Translations under genes and position numbers: made by a program
The notes under the pieces: generated by a model
Seen by the model: only the letters and a program-made list of their open reading frames with translations
The model's database searches: none
Told to the model about the DNA's origin: nothing
In this document: one piece after another, positions 1 through 9,614 of the stretch
Numbering within the stretch: position 1 is the first letter of the stretch
How the letters are laid out: each line of letters starts with the position of its first letter
Source: an uncultured Defluviitaleaceae bacterium
GTDB lineage: Bacteria; Bacillota; Clostridia; Lachnospirales; WRBF01
Assembly (NCBI GenBank): GCA_964492715.1
Contig: CAZBLK010000004.1
Location: forward strand, 16,286 to 80,285
Length of the DNA stretch: 64,000 nucleotides
Direction: 5' to 3'

Positions 1-1499
1 TTATAAACCTTAGAAAACTTGTTTTCCAAATACTCCACATAATAATCAGCGTTAAGTTCCTCGCCGTTTATCGCTTTCAAAATAGTTGAAGGCTCGTAAA
101 GCGAACCAAACTTATGAAGCTTTTCTGAAAGCCATTCCCTAATTGCATCAACATTTCCGTTTTTAATGTTACCAAAAACGTCCATGTCTTTTTGCATGTA
201 GCTTAAAAGCTGGGCTGCATAAGCGTTGCCAAGTGAGTACGAAGGGAAGTAGCCAAACAAACCGCTCGACCAGTGAACATCTTGCAGTACACCTTCGGAG
301 TCGTTCTTAGGAGTAACGCCCAAATATTCCTCCATTTTTTTGTTCCAAATGGAAGGCAAGTCGTTTACATCTACCTCGCCGCCAAAAATAAGCTTTTCAA
401 TTTCATACCTAACCATAATGTGCAGAGAATATGTCAGCTCGTCTGCTTCAATTCTAATTAAAGATGGGTTAACTACGTTTGCAGCTTCATAGAACATTTC
501 TGGCGTAACATCTTTAAAGTCGTCTCCCAAAATTTCCATAAACTCGTCATATGAATTTTGCCAAAACTCATAGCTTCTGCAAATGATGTTCTCAAAGAAC
601 CTAGACTGTGACTCGTGCAACCCAAAAGACACGCCATCGCTTAAAACAGTGTCTGCAAACTCGCTTGAAATGTTTTGCTCATAAATGCCGTGTCCGCTTT
701 CATGGGCAACGCTGAACATCGAAGAAAGGAAATTGTTTTCATAATAGTGTGTCGAAATTCTAACGTCGTTTTGTGAAATTGTAAGGCAAAATGGGTGCTC
801 TGTTTCTGCAATCAAACCTCTGTTAAGGTCAAACCCAACCTTTTTCATAACAAGTGCCGCAATTTTCTTTTGCTTGTCAATTGAAATAGTGCGAAATGTA
901 AAGCTGTTGTCAATTTTCTTTTCACTAGCGACAACCTTTTTCAAAAGTGGAACAATTGTTTTACGCATTTTGTCAAAGTATACGTCAAGCTTTTCCATTG
1001 TCATGCCAGGCTCATACTCGTCAAGCATCATATCGTAAGGCTTTGCATCGCTTCCCCTGTACTTTATGAGCCTTTTGTTTGTTTCTACAAGCTCCTTCAA
1101 GTATGGTGCAAACGAAGCAAAGTCGTTGTTATGCTTTGCCTTGCGCCAAACCTCGTATGCAACAGCTTGAAGTTCAAAATATTTGCGTGCTTCTTCTGCG
1201 GGAACATTTTTTGCTTCATTATACTTTTTGCTAAAAATGCGGTGCATTGCTTTTGTTTCGTCGCTAAGCGTGTTTAAATGTGGCTCAAGCGCATCTAAAA
1301 AGCCTTTCATTTCATCTGAAATTGTCATTTGGAAAGATTCTGCACCAAGTATTGACACAAGCTTTGCCCTTGACTCTTGGCCGCCCTCTGGAGGGTTTCC
1401 TGTTTGCATGTCCCAATGAAACAACGATTCAGCCATTCTGATAGCATGATAACGTTCTAGGTAGCTTTTAAAACATTTTACTGTTTCGTCGATTTGCAT
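1..1499 (-). CDS. M32 family metallocarboxypeptidase (carboxypeptidase Taq-like); C-terminal end runs off the window
   Basis: Absent from the ORF track because the stop lies beyond position 1. ATG at 1499-1497 is preceded by GGAGG (rc of 1505-1509). My translation begins MQIDETVKCF and contains HPF, DVRIS, HESGH (690-704), IRIEADE and GVLQDVHWS, the M32 motif set. Confidence 0.85.
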   Translation of the reverse strand, partial: MQIDETVKCFKSYLERYHAIRMAESLFHWDMQTGNPPEGGQESRAKLVSILGAESFQMTISDEMKGFLDALEPHLNTLSDETKAMHRIFSKKYNEAKNVPAEEARKYFELQAVAYEVWRKAKHNNDFASFAPYLKELVETNKRLIKYRGSDAKPYDMMLDEYEPGMTMEKLDVYFDKMRKTIVPLLKKVVASEKKIDNSFTFRTISIDKQKKIAALVMKKVGFDLNRGLIAETEHPFCLTISQNDVRISTHYYENNFLSSMFSVAHESGHGIYEQNISSEFADTVLSDGVSFGLHESQSRFFENIICRSYEFWQNSYDEFMEILGDDFKDVTPEMFYEAANVVNPSLIRIEADELTYSLHIMVRYEIEKLIFGGEVDVNDLPSIWNKKMEEYLGVTPKNDSEGVLQDVHWSSGLFGYFPSYSLGNAYAAQLLSYMQKDMDVFGNIKNGNVDAIREWLSEKLHKFGSLYEPSTILKAINGEELNADYYVEYLENKFSKVY

Positions 1500-1664
1500 A
1501 ATTACCTCCGTTTAAAAAAATAAAAAACTGTAGCTAAAAGCTTATCCCTAAATTAAAAATCTAGTCATTTTCCTGTCAAATTGACTTCGTGTTTGATTTA
1601 GAAAAAAGCTCTAAAGTTAAAACAGGTCAAATGAAAACATTCGACCTGTTTTGAAAGCTTTATA

Positions 1665-1738
1665 TGAAGGCAACAGGGTTTGAACCTGTGACCCCCTGCA
1701 CGTCAAGCAGGTACTCTAGCCAGCTGAGCTATGCCTCC
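1665..1738 (-). tRNA. tRNA-Val (anticodon GAC)
   Basis: The reverse complement GGAGGCATAGCTCAGCTGGCTAGAGTACCTGCTTGACGTGCAGGGGGTCACAGGTTCAAACCCTGTTGCCTTCA folds as a cloverleaf. It has a 7-bp acceptor stem, a GCTC/GAGT D stem, a CCTGC/GCAGG anticodon stem with loop TTGACGT, and a GGTTCAAAC T loop. No CCA is encoded. Confidence 0.9.
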
Positions 1739-1793
1739 CTAGCGAAATTATTATAACATTTGCTGGGAGGGTTGTCAAATGTTTACTTGATTT

Positions 1794-2375
1794 TTACATA
1801 AATAATGATATAGCACAATAAACTAATAAAAACGCCATAATTCCGTTCACAAGCTTTGCGTGTTTTGCCAAAAGCCTGCAAAACATAGAGCCAAAAAAAG
1901 CCCATGTTAATGTTGACGTAAATGCAACAAATGCAAGCAAAAATGCAAACCCAACCAAAACAAACGTTGAATCAAACACAGGAATGACAAATGTAGACAT
2001 TGATGTAATTGTATATATGTAAATTTTAGGGTTTATAAACTGTAAAAACATTCCAGAGCCAAAGCTTGCTCCTTTTGTTTCCGAAACACCAATGTCAGAC
2101 GAGCTTTTCCACGTTTTCCAAGCAAGATAAAGCATGTATAAAGCACCCACGGCAAGCATATAAATTTTAATTTTGGGTATAAATTGGTAAAGTGTTGCAC
2201 TAAATAAAGTGCAGACAGGCATTATAATGGAAAAACCTGCCAATATTCCTAAATTGAACGGAAAGCTTTTTTTAAACCCTAGCCTTGCAGCATTGCTCAT
2301 TGACATAATATTGTTTGGCCCAGGGGTAAAAGCTGTGACAAAAATGTAAATTAAAAAGGTGTAAGTATTAAACAT
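1794..2375 (-). CDS. LysE/RhtB family amino-acid exporter
   Basis: 193-aa polytopic membrane protein with the N-terminal TPGPNN motif typical of the LysE/RhtB family. Confidence 0.75.
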   Translation of the reverse strand: MFNTYTFLIYIFVTAFTPGPNNIMSMSNAARLGFKKSFPFNLGILAGFSIIMPVCTLFSATLYQFIPKIKIYMLAVGALYMLYLAWKTWKSSSDIGVSETKGASFGSGMFLQFINPKIYIYTITSMSTFVIPVFDSTFVLVGFAFLLAFVAFTSTLTWAFFGSMFCRLLAKHAKLVNGIMAFLLVYCAISLFM

Positions 2376-2475
2376 TAGTATGCCCTCATTTTAAAGTATT
2401 TTGTTGTGTAACAGTTTAATTATAGTATTTTAATGAAAAGTTTGTCAAATGTTTACTTGGCGTAACAAAACTTCT

Positions 2476-3750
2476 TTAAAGGCAGCAAAGCTTAACCAAA
2501 CCATCAACATCAAACCAACCGATTAAAGTGTCAATCAACTTATTTTCATTTATGTAAACAGCGCATGGAACGCTTGAAATTCCAAGCCTTCTTGCTATCC
2601 AATCTGATTTGTAAACGTCTACTCGTGTAACACCTACTACATCTTTATGTGCATTTTCAAATTGTTCAACAACAGACAGAAGCTCTCTTGATTGTTGTTC
2701 TACAGCATTAAAAAAGTAAACAAGCAAAGGCTTGCCATTGTTTAAAATTTGCTGCTCGTAAATTTCGCTTTCAGCTATATATTTTTCAACGCAATACCCA
2801 GCAATTGCACCGTCACCAACAGCAGTTGAAACTTGCTTCAAAAATTTGTCACGCACGTCACCAGCTGCAAAAACACCTTGGATATTTGTTTCCATTTTTT
2901 CGTTTGTCAACAAGTATCCGCCGTAGTTCATGTTTAAAATACCTTTAAAAATTTCTGTGTTCGGAGTATAACCAATGAACAAGAAGCAGCTATCAACTTT
3001 TACTTGGATAAGTTCGTTAGTTTTTACATTTTTAAGCACGACCTTTTCAAGGTGTATTTCTCCCTCGAAACTTTCTACTACTGTGTTCCAAACAAATTCC
3101 ATTTTTGGGTTTGAAAGTGCTTGTGCTTTTGCACTTTCGTTACAATCCATTTTACCTTTGTCGTGCATTACAGAAACTATAACTTTGCTTGCAAACTTGG
3201 TTAAAAACATTCCTTCTTCAATTGCAGCATCACCGCTTCCAATTACCATTACTGTTTTGTCAGCGTTTGCCGCTGCATCACATGTTGCACAAAAAGAAAT
3301 TCCTTTGACGAAAAGGTAGTTTTCTTCGTTTTTTGCTCCTGTAAGCCTTGGCTTGCAGCCGCTTGCTACAACTACGGCTTTTGCTTCATAAATTGTGCGG
3401 TAAGTTTCAACCTTCTTAACTTCGCCCTCAAGGCTTACAACTTTTACGTCAGTTAGCTTAAAATTTACGCCAAACTTTTTGGCTTGTTTATGGAAAAGCT
3501 CCATTAGTATAGTGCCTGTTGTTCCTTCTGGGAAGCCTGGGTAGTTTTCTATTTCGTTTGTATATGTTGCAAGCCCCCCAATAATTGATTTTTCTAAAAC
3601 CAAAGTTTTAAGCCTTGCACGCCCACAGTAAATGCCTGCTGTAAGCCCAGCAGCACCACCACCAATTATTACTACGTCATATTGCTCTGTTTTTTTGATC
3701 AAACTTTCACCCCCAAAATTATTGGGGCAATATATAAATAACTGCCCCAA
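2476..3750 (-). CDS. Thioredoxin-reductase-like FAD/NAD(P) disulfide oxidoreductase fused to a C-terminal thioredoxin-fold domain
   Basis: Contains GGGAAG FAD-binding motif, CATC redox motif (SFCATCDAA), GSGDAA NAD(P) motif and a C-terminal GD motif. About 100 extra C-terminal residues look thioredoxin-like but lack CxxC. The likely true start is TTG at 3702, behind GGGGGTGA. Confidence 0.75.
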   Translation of the reverse strand: MGQLFIYCPNNFGGESLIKKTEQYDVVIIGGGAAGLTAGIYCGRARLKTLVLEKSIIGGLATYTNEIENYPGFPEGTTGTILMELFHKQAKKFGVNFKLTDVKVVSLEGEVKKVETYRTIYEAKAVVVASGCKPRLTGAKNEENYLFVKGISFCATCDAAANADKTVMVIGSGDAAIEEGMFLTKFASKVIVSVMHDKGKMDCNESAKAQALSNPKMEFVWNTVVESFEGEIHLEKVVLKNVKTNELIQVKVDSCFLFIGYTPNTEIFKGILNMNYGGYLLTNEKMETNIQGVFAAGDVRDKFLKQVSTAVGDGAIAGYCVEKYIAESEIYEQQILNNGKPLLVYFFNAVEQQSRELLSVVEQFENAHKDVVGVTRVDVYKSDWIARRLGISSVPCAVYINENKLIDTLIGWFDVDGLVKLCCL

Positions 3751-3758
3751 ATAAGTTT

Positions 3759-3986
3759 TTACTTTGTTTTTTCAATGATAACTTCCCATGTTTCCTTGCC
3801 AACTTCTTCAATTTCAACGTAATGCCCATACCGTCTTGCCCATTCAGGAACACTTCTTAATGCACACTTATTGCTTATAGAAACAATTAAAGCATCACCT
3901 ACTGCTATGCTAAATAGCTTTTTCTTTACCTTATCAAGTGTCACAGGGCATACATCGCCTATACAATTTAGTGTAAAATCTGCCAT
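3759..3986 (-). CDS. TusA/SirA-family sulfurtransferase-like protein
   Basis: 75 aa with an N-terminal C-I-G-D-V-C-P-V motif followed by KKKL, which is the TusA-type CPxP-like signature and size. Confidence 0.65.
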   Translation of the reverse strand: MADFTLNCIGDVCPVTLDKVKKKLFSIAVGDALIVSISNKCALRSVPEWARRYGHYVEIEEVGKETWEVIIEKTK

Positions 3987-4226
3987 ATTAAAAACTCCTT
4001 GTTTTTTAGTTAAAAAAATAACGTTGTTTTATTATTATGTACATTTCCCAATTTGTGTTACATAAGAAGGCTTATAGCAAAAATACCCTCTCTTGGTAAA
4101 ATATCAAAAAATTAGTTTAATTCTTTTAGTCGAAATTTTGATAAATATTAAAATTTCTATTGTGTTTTATTTTTAAATAGTGTAACATTATTCAAGAACT
4201 TTACTTAATTTATTGGAGGCAGCACA

Positions 4227-7070
4227 ATGTCACATGACAAAATTATTATAAAAGGTGCAAGAGAACATAACCTTAAAAATATAGACCTTGAAATTCCAAG
4301 AAACGAATTTGTCGTTTTCACTGGTTTGTCAGGCTCTGGCAAGTCGTCCCTTGCTTTTGACACAATTTATGCAGAAGGTCAAAGAAGATATGTCGAGTCA
4401 CTCTCTGCGTATGCACGGCAGTTTTTGGGGCAAATGGAAAAGCCAGATGTTGACTTTATCGAAGGGCTTTCCCCTGCCATATCAATTGACCAAAAGACAA
4501 CAAACCGTAACCCACGCTCTACTGTTGGAACAGTTACTGAAATATACGACTATTTAAGGCTGCTTTTTGCAAGGGTTGGCGTGCCGCATTGCCACAAATG
4601 CGGAAAAGAAATTAAACGCCAAACTATCGACCAAATTGTAGACCAAATTACAGAGCTTCCAGAGCGCACAAAAATACAGCTTTTAGCGCCTGTTGTGCGT
4701 GCAAGAAAAGGCGAACACACAAAGCTTTTGGACGACGCCAGAAAAAGCGGCTACGTCCGCTGCCGTGTTGACGGAATTATTTACGAGCTTACAGAAGAAA
4801 TTAAGCTTGACAAAAACAAAAAGCATACAATTGAAATTGTCATCGACAGACTTATTGTAAAAGAAGGAATCGGCAAACGCCTTACGGAATCTATTGAAAC
4901 TGTTATGTCTCTTTCTGGTGGCATTCTTCTTGTGCTTACGGAAGATATAGAAGGCAAAGCAGACGAAATTACTTTTAGCCAAAGCTTTTCGTGCGTTGAC
5001 TGCGGTGTAAGCCTTGAAGAAGTTGAGCCACGTCTGTTTTCTTTCAATAACCCTCAAGGTGCTTGCCCCGACTGTACAGGGCTTGGTATTCAAATGAAGT
5101 TTGACCCAGAGCTTGTTGTTCCAAACGGCGACTTGTCGCTTATGGAAGGCGCAATTACAGCCCCAGGCTGGAACTCGGCTTCGTCCGATTCTAGCATGGC
5201 AAATGCACTTTTTAAGGCACTTTCAAAGCAATACGGCTTTGACATAAGCACACCGTTTAACATGCTGCCTGAAAAAATAAAGGAAATTTTATTTTACGGC
5301 ACAAACGGAACAAAGCTTAACATTGAATACTTTCGTGACGGCGAAACAAAAACGTACCAATGGAGCTTTGAAGGAATTATAACTAACCTTCAAAGAAGGT
5401 ACAAGGAAACTACGTCCGACTACATGAAGCAAGAATATGAAGGGTACATGACAAACATTGTTTGCCCAACATGCAAAGGAAAAAGGCTGAAGCCCGAAGT
5501 TCTTGCCGTTACAGTGAACGACAAAAACATTTCGGACATTACGACAATGACTGTCGTTTCTATACAAGAGTTTTTTAACAACTTAACACTTACTGAAACA
5601 CAGCTTTTAATTGCAGAGCAAATTTTAAAGGAAATAAACGCTCGCACTGGCTTTTTGGTAGACGTTGGGCTTGATTATTTAACGCTTTCACGCTCGGCTG
5701 GCACGCTTTCCGGCGGTGAAGCACAGCGCATTAGGCTTGCTACACAAATTGGCTCTGGGCTTGTCGGCGTAGTTTACATTTTGGACGAGCCGTCAATTGG
5801 GCTTCACCAAAAGGATAATGACAAGCTCTTAAAAACGCTTCGTCATTTAAAAGATATCGGAAACACGCTAATTGTTGTAGAGCATGACCAAGACACAATT
5901 ATGCAGTCTGACTTTTTGGTTGACATTGGGCCTTTTGCCGGCAGCCACGGCGGTGAAATTGTTTTTGCTGGAAAAGTTGAAGACATTATGAACTGTGAAA
6001 ACTCTCTTACAGGTGCTTATTTAAGCGGACGTAAAAAAATTGAGCTTCCTGCTGAAAGAAGAAAGCCTAACGGTAAATATCTTGAGGTAAAAGGTGCAGC
6101 CGAAAACAATTTAAAAAATATAGACGTAAGTATACCCCTAAATTTGTTTACATGCGTAACAGGCGTTTCTGGTTCTGGCAAAAGCTCGCTTGTAAATGAA
6201 ATTATTTACAAAAGGCTTGCAAAGGAACTTAACAGGGCAAAAACAAAACCAGGAAAACACGAATCTATTACAGGGATTGAACACCTTGACAAAATAATTG
6301 ACATAGACCAGTCGCCAATTGGAAGAACGCCACGCTCTAACCCAGCCACTTACACAGGGTTGTTTGACCTTATCCGTGACGTTTTCGCCCAAACGCCAGA
6401 AGCCAAAATTCGTGGCTACCAAAAAGGACGGTTTAGCTTTAACACAAAAGGCGGACGGTGCGAAGCTTGTGCAGGCGGCGGAATTATAAAAATTGAAATG
6501 CACTTTTTGCCAGACATTTACGTTCCGTGTGAAGTTTGCGGAGGCAAAAGGTACAACAGAGAAACGCTTGAAGTTAAATATAAAGGCAAAAGCATTTCGG
6601 ACGTTTTGGACATGACAATCGAAGAAGGGTTAGCATTTTTTGACAACCTTTCAAAGCTTAGGGAAAAACTGCAAACGCTTAATGATGTAGGGCTTTCCTA
6701 TGTTAAGCTTGGGCAGTCGTCAACTACACTTTCTGGCGGCGAAGCACAGCGTGTAAAACTTGCAGCAGAGCTTTCAAAAAGGAACACTGGAAAAACTTTT
6801 TACGTGCTGGACGAACCTACTACAGGGCTTCACACAGCCGATGTTCACAAGCTTATTGGCATTATGCAAAGGCTTGCCGAAGGTGGAAACACTGTACTTG
6901 TTATTGAACATAACCTTGACGTAATTAAAACTGCGGATTATATTATAGATATAGGTCCAGACGGTGGGACGAGGGGTGGACAAGTTGTCGCTTGCGGAAC
7001 GCCAGAAGAAGTTGCCGCAAATGAAAAGTCTTACACTGGTCTGTATTTAAAGAGTATGTTGGATGCTTAA
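4227..7070 (+). CDS. uvrA: Excinuclease ABC subunit A
   Basis: 947 aa with two ABC ATPase modules (GLSGSGKSS and GVSGSGKSS Walker A; two LSGGE signatures), zinc-finger CxxC pairs and the canonical UvrA N-terminus. Confidence 0.97.
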   Translation: MSHDKIIIKGAREHNLKNIDLEIPRNEFVVFTGLSGSGKSSLAFDTIYAEGQRRYVESLSAYARQFLGQMEKPDVDFIEGLSPAISIDQKTTNRNPRSTVGTVTEIYDYLRLLFARVGVPHCHKCGKEIKRQTIDQIVDQITELPERTKIQLLAPVVRARKGEHTKLLDDARKSGYVRCRVDGIIYELTEEIKLDKNKKHTIEIVIDRLIVKEGIGKRLTESIETVMSLSGGILLVLTEDIEGKADEITFSQSFSCVDCGVSLEEVEPRLFSFNNPQGACPDCTGLGIQMKFDPELVVPNGDLSLMEGAITAPGWNSASSDSSMANALFKALSKQYGFDISTPFNMLPEKIKEILFYGTNGTKLNIEYFRDGETKTYQWSFEGIITNLQRRYKETTSDYMKQEYEGYMTNIVCPTCKGKRLKPEVLAVTVNDKNISDITTMTVVSIQEFFNNLTLTETQLLIAEQILKEINARTGFLVDVGLDYLTLSRSAGTLSGGEAQRIRLATQIGSGLVGVVYILDEPSIGLHQKDNDKLLKTLRHLKDIGNTLIVVEHDQDTIMQSDFLVDIGPFAGSHGGEIVFAGKVEDIMNCENSLTGAYLSGRKKIELPAERRKPNGKYLEVKGAAENNLKNIDVSIPLNLFTCVTGVSGSGKSSLVNEIIYKRLAKELNRAKTKPGKHESITGIEHLDKIIDIDQSPIGRTPRSNPATYTGLFDLIRDVFAQTPEAKIRGYQKGRFSFNTKGGRCEACAGGGIIKIEMHFLPDIYVPCEVCGGKRYNRETLEVKYKGKSISDVLDMTIEEGLAFFDNLSKLREKLQTLNDVGLSYVKLGQSSTTLSGGEAQRVKLAAELSKRNTGKTFYVLDEPTTGLHTADVHKLIGIMQRLAEGGNTVLVIEHNLDVIKTADYIIDIGPDGGTRGGQVVACGTPEEVAANEKSYTGLYLKSMLDA

Positions 7071-7080
7071 CACATTTGGT

Positions 7081-7136
7081 CGGGGTTGTTTAAAGCTTTA
7101 ATAGCAAAACCTTGTGGCTCTGCCCCAAACCCCGCC
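7081..7136. repeat. GC-rich nested-hairpin repeat, copy A
   Basis: The sequence cggggtt...aaaaccttgtggctctgccccaaaccccgcc has a reverse complement that aligns with the second half of the copy at 22261-22330. It shares the core CCCC(A/T)AA(A)CCCC. Confidence 0.7.
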
Positions 7137-7170
7137 ACTTTTGAAAAAGTGGACAAAACTTTTGTTTTAA
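7135..7170 (+). terminator. Putative intrinsic terminator of uvrA
   Basis: Hairpin ccacttttgaaaaagtgg followed by a T-rich tract (acaaaacttttgtttt). Confidence 0.5.
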
Positions 7171-7201
7171 AATCTATAATTCTTCAATTAGGGGGCTGCA
7201 A

Positions 7202-7726
7202 ATGATACTTTCGGGATTAGAAATTAAAAAACGGTTGGGAACCGACATTAACATAACTCCCTTTGACGAAAAGGCGTTAAACCCAAACAGCTACAATTTA
7301 AAGCTACACAACGAGCTTTTGGTTTACAATTCGCCTGTGCTTGACATGAAAAAACCAAACGATTTTACAGCAATTGAAATTCCTGAAAGCGGTCTTCTGC
7401 TTGAAACAGGAAAACTTTATTTAGGCAGGACAGTTGAATTTACAGAAACAAAAAACCTTGTGCCAATGCTTGAAGGGCGTTCGTCCGTTGGGCGTCTTGG
7501 GCTTTTCATTCATGTAACGGCAGGGTTCGGTGACATAGGGTTTAAAGGGTATTGGACGCTGGAAATTTTTTGCGTTCAGCCAATTATTATTTACCCATTT
7601 GTTGAAATTTGCCAAATTTATTATCACGACATAAAAGGCGAACATGTAGAGTATGTTTCGGGGAAATATCAAGGCAATTCGGGCATTCAGCCTAGCCTTT
7701 TGTACAAGGATTTTATTGGGAAGTAG
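7202..7726 (+). CDS. dcd: dCTP deaminase
   Basis: 174 aa with the N-terminus MILSGLEIKKRL and the NPNSYNLKL and GRSSVGRLGL motifs characteristic of Dcd/dUTPase-fold deaminases. Confidence 0.85.
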   Translation: MILSGLEIKKRLGTDINITPFDEKALNPNSYNLKLHNELLVYNSPVLDMKKPNDFTAIEIPESGLLLETGKLYLGRTVEFTETKNLVPMLEGRSSVGRLGLFIHVTAGFGDIGFKGYWTLEIFCVQPIIIYPFVEICQIYYHDIKGEHVEYVSGKYQGNSGIQPSLLYKDFIGK

Positions 7727-7733
7727 GTGTGTT

Positions 7734-8024
7734 ATGACAAGTCCGATTGCAGATTTTTTATTTTCCAAAAAACAAGTAATGGATTTCTTTGATTGTGACG
7801 ATAACTATTTTATAAAGCCGATGGTTGACGCAAGCTGGAAAACTAAGGCAGAAGATGGCATGTGGTTTTTGTCATACTACGACGACGGCAAAAACAACAG
7901 CGCAGTAATCGTAAAAAATGGAAACAGGCCGCTTATTTTTAAGCGAGATGAATATACTATGGTTATAGCTATTGAATGTATAAAAATAGCATTTATTTTT
8001 AAAAACTGTAACCAACAATACTAG
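7734..8024 (+). CDS. Hypothetical small protein (96 aa)
   Basis: An in-frame ATG at 7734 lies 8 nt after the dcd stop. The longer track ORF (7653) would overlap dcd. No recognisable motifs. Confidence 0.45.
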   Translation: MTSPIADFLFSKKQVMDFFDCDDNYFIKPMVDASWKTKAEDGMWFLSYYDDGKNNSAVIVKNGNRPLIFKRDEYTMVIAIECIKIAFIFKNCNQQY

Positions 8025-8096
8025 AGCATGTTTTAAATCGCTAGAACGGATTTTTCAAACAGCTCCTAGTACAAACCTCGTAAAGCAGGTGATTTT

Positions 8097-9443
8097 ATGC
8101 AAGACGATTTGTTTAACGAAAGTGAATTAGATGAGCAGTACATTCTTTCTGAAAAAGAGCGCAAACCTTCGTTTTTAAGCCGCATTGTAGGTTTTTTTAC
8201 CAAGCTTTTTGTTAAAAAGAAAGAGGAAACCGAACAAGTTGACTTTTCTCGTTTCAGCAGCTTTTTATATGGTTTAACCGAAGGAACGGACGTTTATGCC
8301 CAAATTGAAGAAACCGTAATTCTTTGTGACAACGCCCTTAGAACAGCACGCCAACGTGTTACGCTTGCAAAAAAAATTAAAGTAATTGACGACACACTTG
8401 CAGAGCTTGAATGTTTTAACCGTTTGACCGAAGACGAAACGAAAAAGCTTAAAAACATGCTTGAAAGTTTTGTCGCTTTAACGAAGGAAAGAAACGTGCT
8501 TTTGTACCAGCTTACAAGCTTCGACCGTGCGCTTGGCTACATGGTAGACCTTGTGGACGATGCTGAAAACGCCATGCCACAAATTTTGAATGCCGAGAAA
8601 AACCAGCGCATTTTCCGCCAAGACATAGGCCAGCTTGAAGGCGAAAAGACCGACCTTGAATACGAAAGGGAAGCACTCGAAAAAGGCATTTCGTTTTTGA
8701 GCAAGTTTTCTTTGGGGTGCATTGCAGCTTTTGGGCTGTCAGCAGTTTACCTTGGTTATACATTCATTTTGGACAAAGGAAGCATTTTCATTCCAACGAC
8801 TGTTATTGTGCTTTTAACTATAGCTGTTGCTACGTTGATTTACGTTTTTAGAAAGAGAATGGTTTTTGAGCTTACAATGAACATTAGAAAACAGCGGCGG
8901 TTGGTTGAAATGCTTAACAAAAAGTCGGTAGTTTATGCTTACTACACAAACTACCTTCGCTTCGTTTACAAAAAATATAAGGTAACAAATTCGTCAATGC
9001 TTCGCACCACAATTAACGACTTCGAGCACTACAAGCACATTACTTCAAGGATTGACTCTATAAGAAGCATATTGTACGAAACAGAAGCACGAATTGAAGC
9101 TTTCCTCAAACAGAAGAAAATTGTAAACGTTAAAACTACGCTTGAGCAGTTTGCAAAAACTATAAACGTTGAAGATAAGCGTGAATATTATAATGAACTT
9201 ATAGAAAAAAAGGCGGCTTTTGAAGCCGAGCTTTTGGCACTTGACCAAACCAACGCAGAACTTTTTGAAAAAATTGAGGAAAACAACAAAAATGACATTT
9301 CCGAAGAAAAGCTTGTTAATACAATGATAAAAGTTTACTTTGACGAAGTTAGCAGGCTTATGCAAACTATAGATAGTAGTGATGAGCTTGAGTTTTTGGA
9401 GGAAGATGACGAGGTTCAAAACGGAAATTCTTCTATAGCTTAA
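8097..9443 (+). CDS. Coiled-coil membrane protein with two central TM helices (hypothetical)
   Basis: 448 aa. It has a long charged heptad-like N-terminal region and two hydrophobic helices (FSLGCIAAFGLSAVYLGYTFIL and IFIPTTVIVLLTIAVATLIYVF). A second coiled-coil region and an acidic tail follow. Confidence 0.6.
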   Translation: MQDDLFNESELDEQYILSEKERKPSFLSRIVGFFTKLFVKKKEETEQVDFSRFSSFLYGLTEGTDVYAQIEETVILCDNALRTARQRVTLAKKIKVIDDTLAELECFNRLTEDETKKLKNMLESFVALTKERNVLLYQLTSFDRALGYMVDLVDDAENAMPQILNAEKNQRIFRQDIGQLEGEKTDLEYEREALEKGISFLSKFSLGCIAAFGLSAVYLGYTFILDKGSIFIPTTVIVLLTIAVATLIYVFRKRMVFELTMNIRKQRRLVEMLNKKSVVYAYYTNYLRFVYKKYKVTNSSMLRTTINDFEHYKHITSRIDSIRSILYETEARIEAFLKQKKIVNVKTTLEQFAKTINVEDKREYYNELIEKKAAFEAELLALDQTNAELFEKIEENNKNDISEEKLVNTMIKVYFDEVSRLMQTIDSSDELEFLEEDDEVQNGNSSIA

Positions 9444-9487
9444 AAACTATCTTGTATTTTTCCCTTTATTTGACAATGTTTAATCTA

Positions 9488-9525
9488 AAGGCGCATATTA
9501 TCTGCCAATATGCGCCTTTTTTTAT
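9488..9525 (+). terminator. Intrinsic terminator after the 8097-9443 gene
   Basis: Stem aaggcgcatat / atatgcgcctt with loop tatctgcca, followed by a T-run (ttttttta). Confidence 0.85.
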
Positions 9526-9556
9526 TTATAATGTAAATTTATGTATTAAAAAATTA

Positions 9557-9585
9557 TAGACAAACTGCACATCAACTATTATAAT
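9557..9585 (+). promoter_or_regulatory. SigmaA-type promoter of the VWA/tubulin-like operon
   Basis: TAGACA (9557-9562), an exact 17-nt spacer and TATAAT (9580-9585), about 30 nt upstream of the VWA gene start. Confidence 0.6.
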
Positions 9586-9614
9586 ACTTGTATTATATTA
9601 ACACGGTGTGAGGG

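Noticed and set aside
273-1419. Plus-strand track ORFs 273-461 and 1183-1419.
   Set aside because: Both lie antisense within the clearly recognisable M32 carboxypeptidase gene.
2975-3319. 114-aa plus-strand ORF inside the thioredoxin-reductase-like gene. The same applies to 4683-5093, 24918-25289, 28632-29132, 31821-32408, 44385-44792 and many other antisense ORFs.
   Set aside because: These are shadow ORFs on the opposite strand of well-supported genes. They have low-complexity or Ser/Phe/Cys-rich translations and no RBS.
7653-7733. Longer version of the small ORF after dcd (start 7653), and the longer version of the 211-aa gene (start 16876).
   Set aside because: Both long forms overlap the preceding well-supported genes by 70 nt or more. 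In-frame ATGs at 7734 and 16942 give compact operon junctions.
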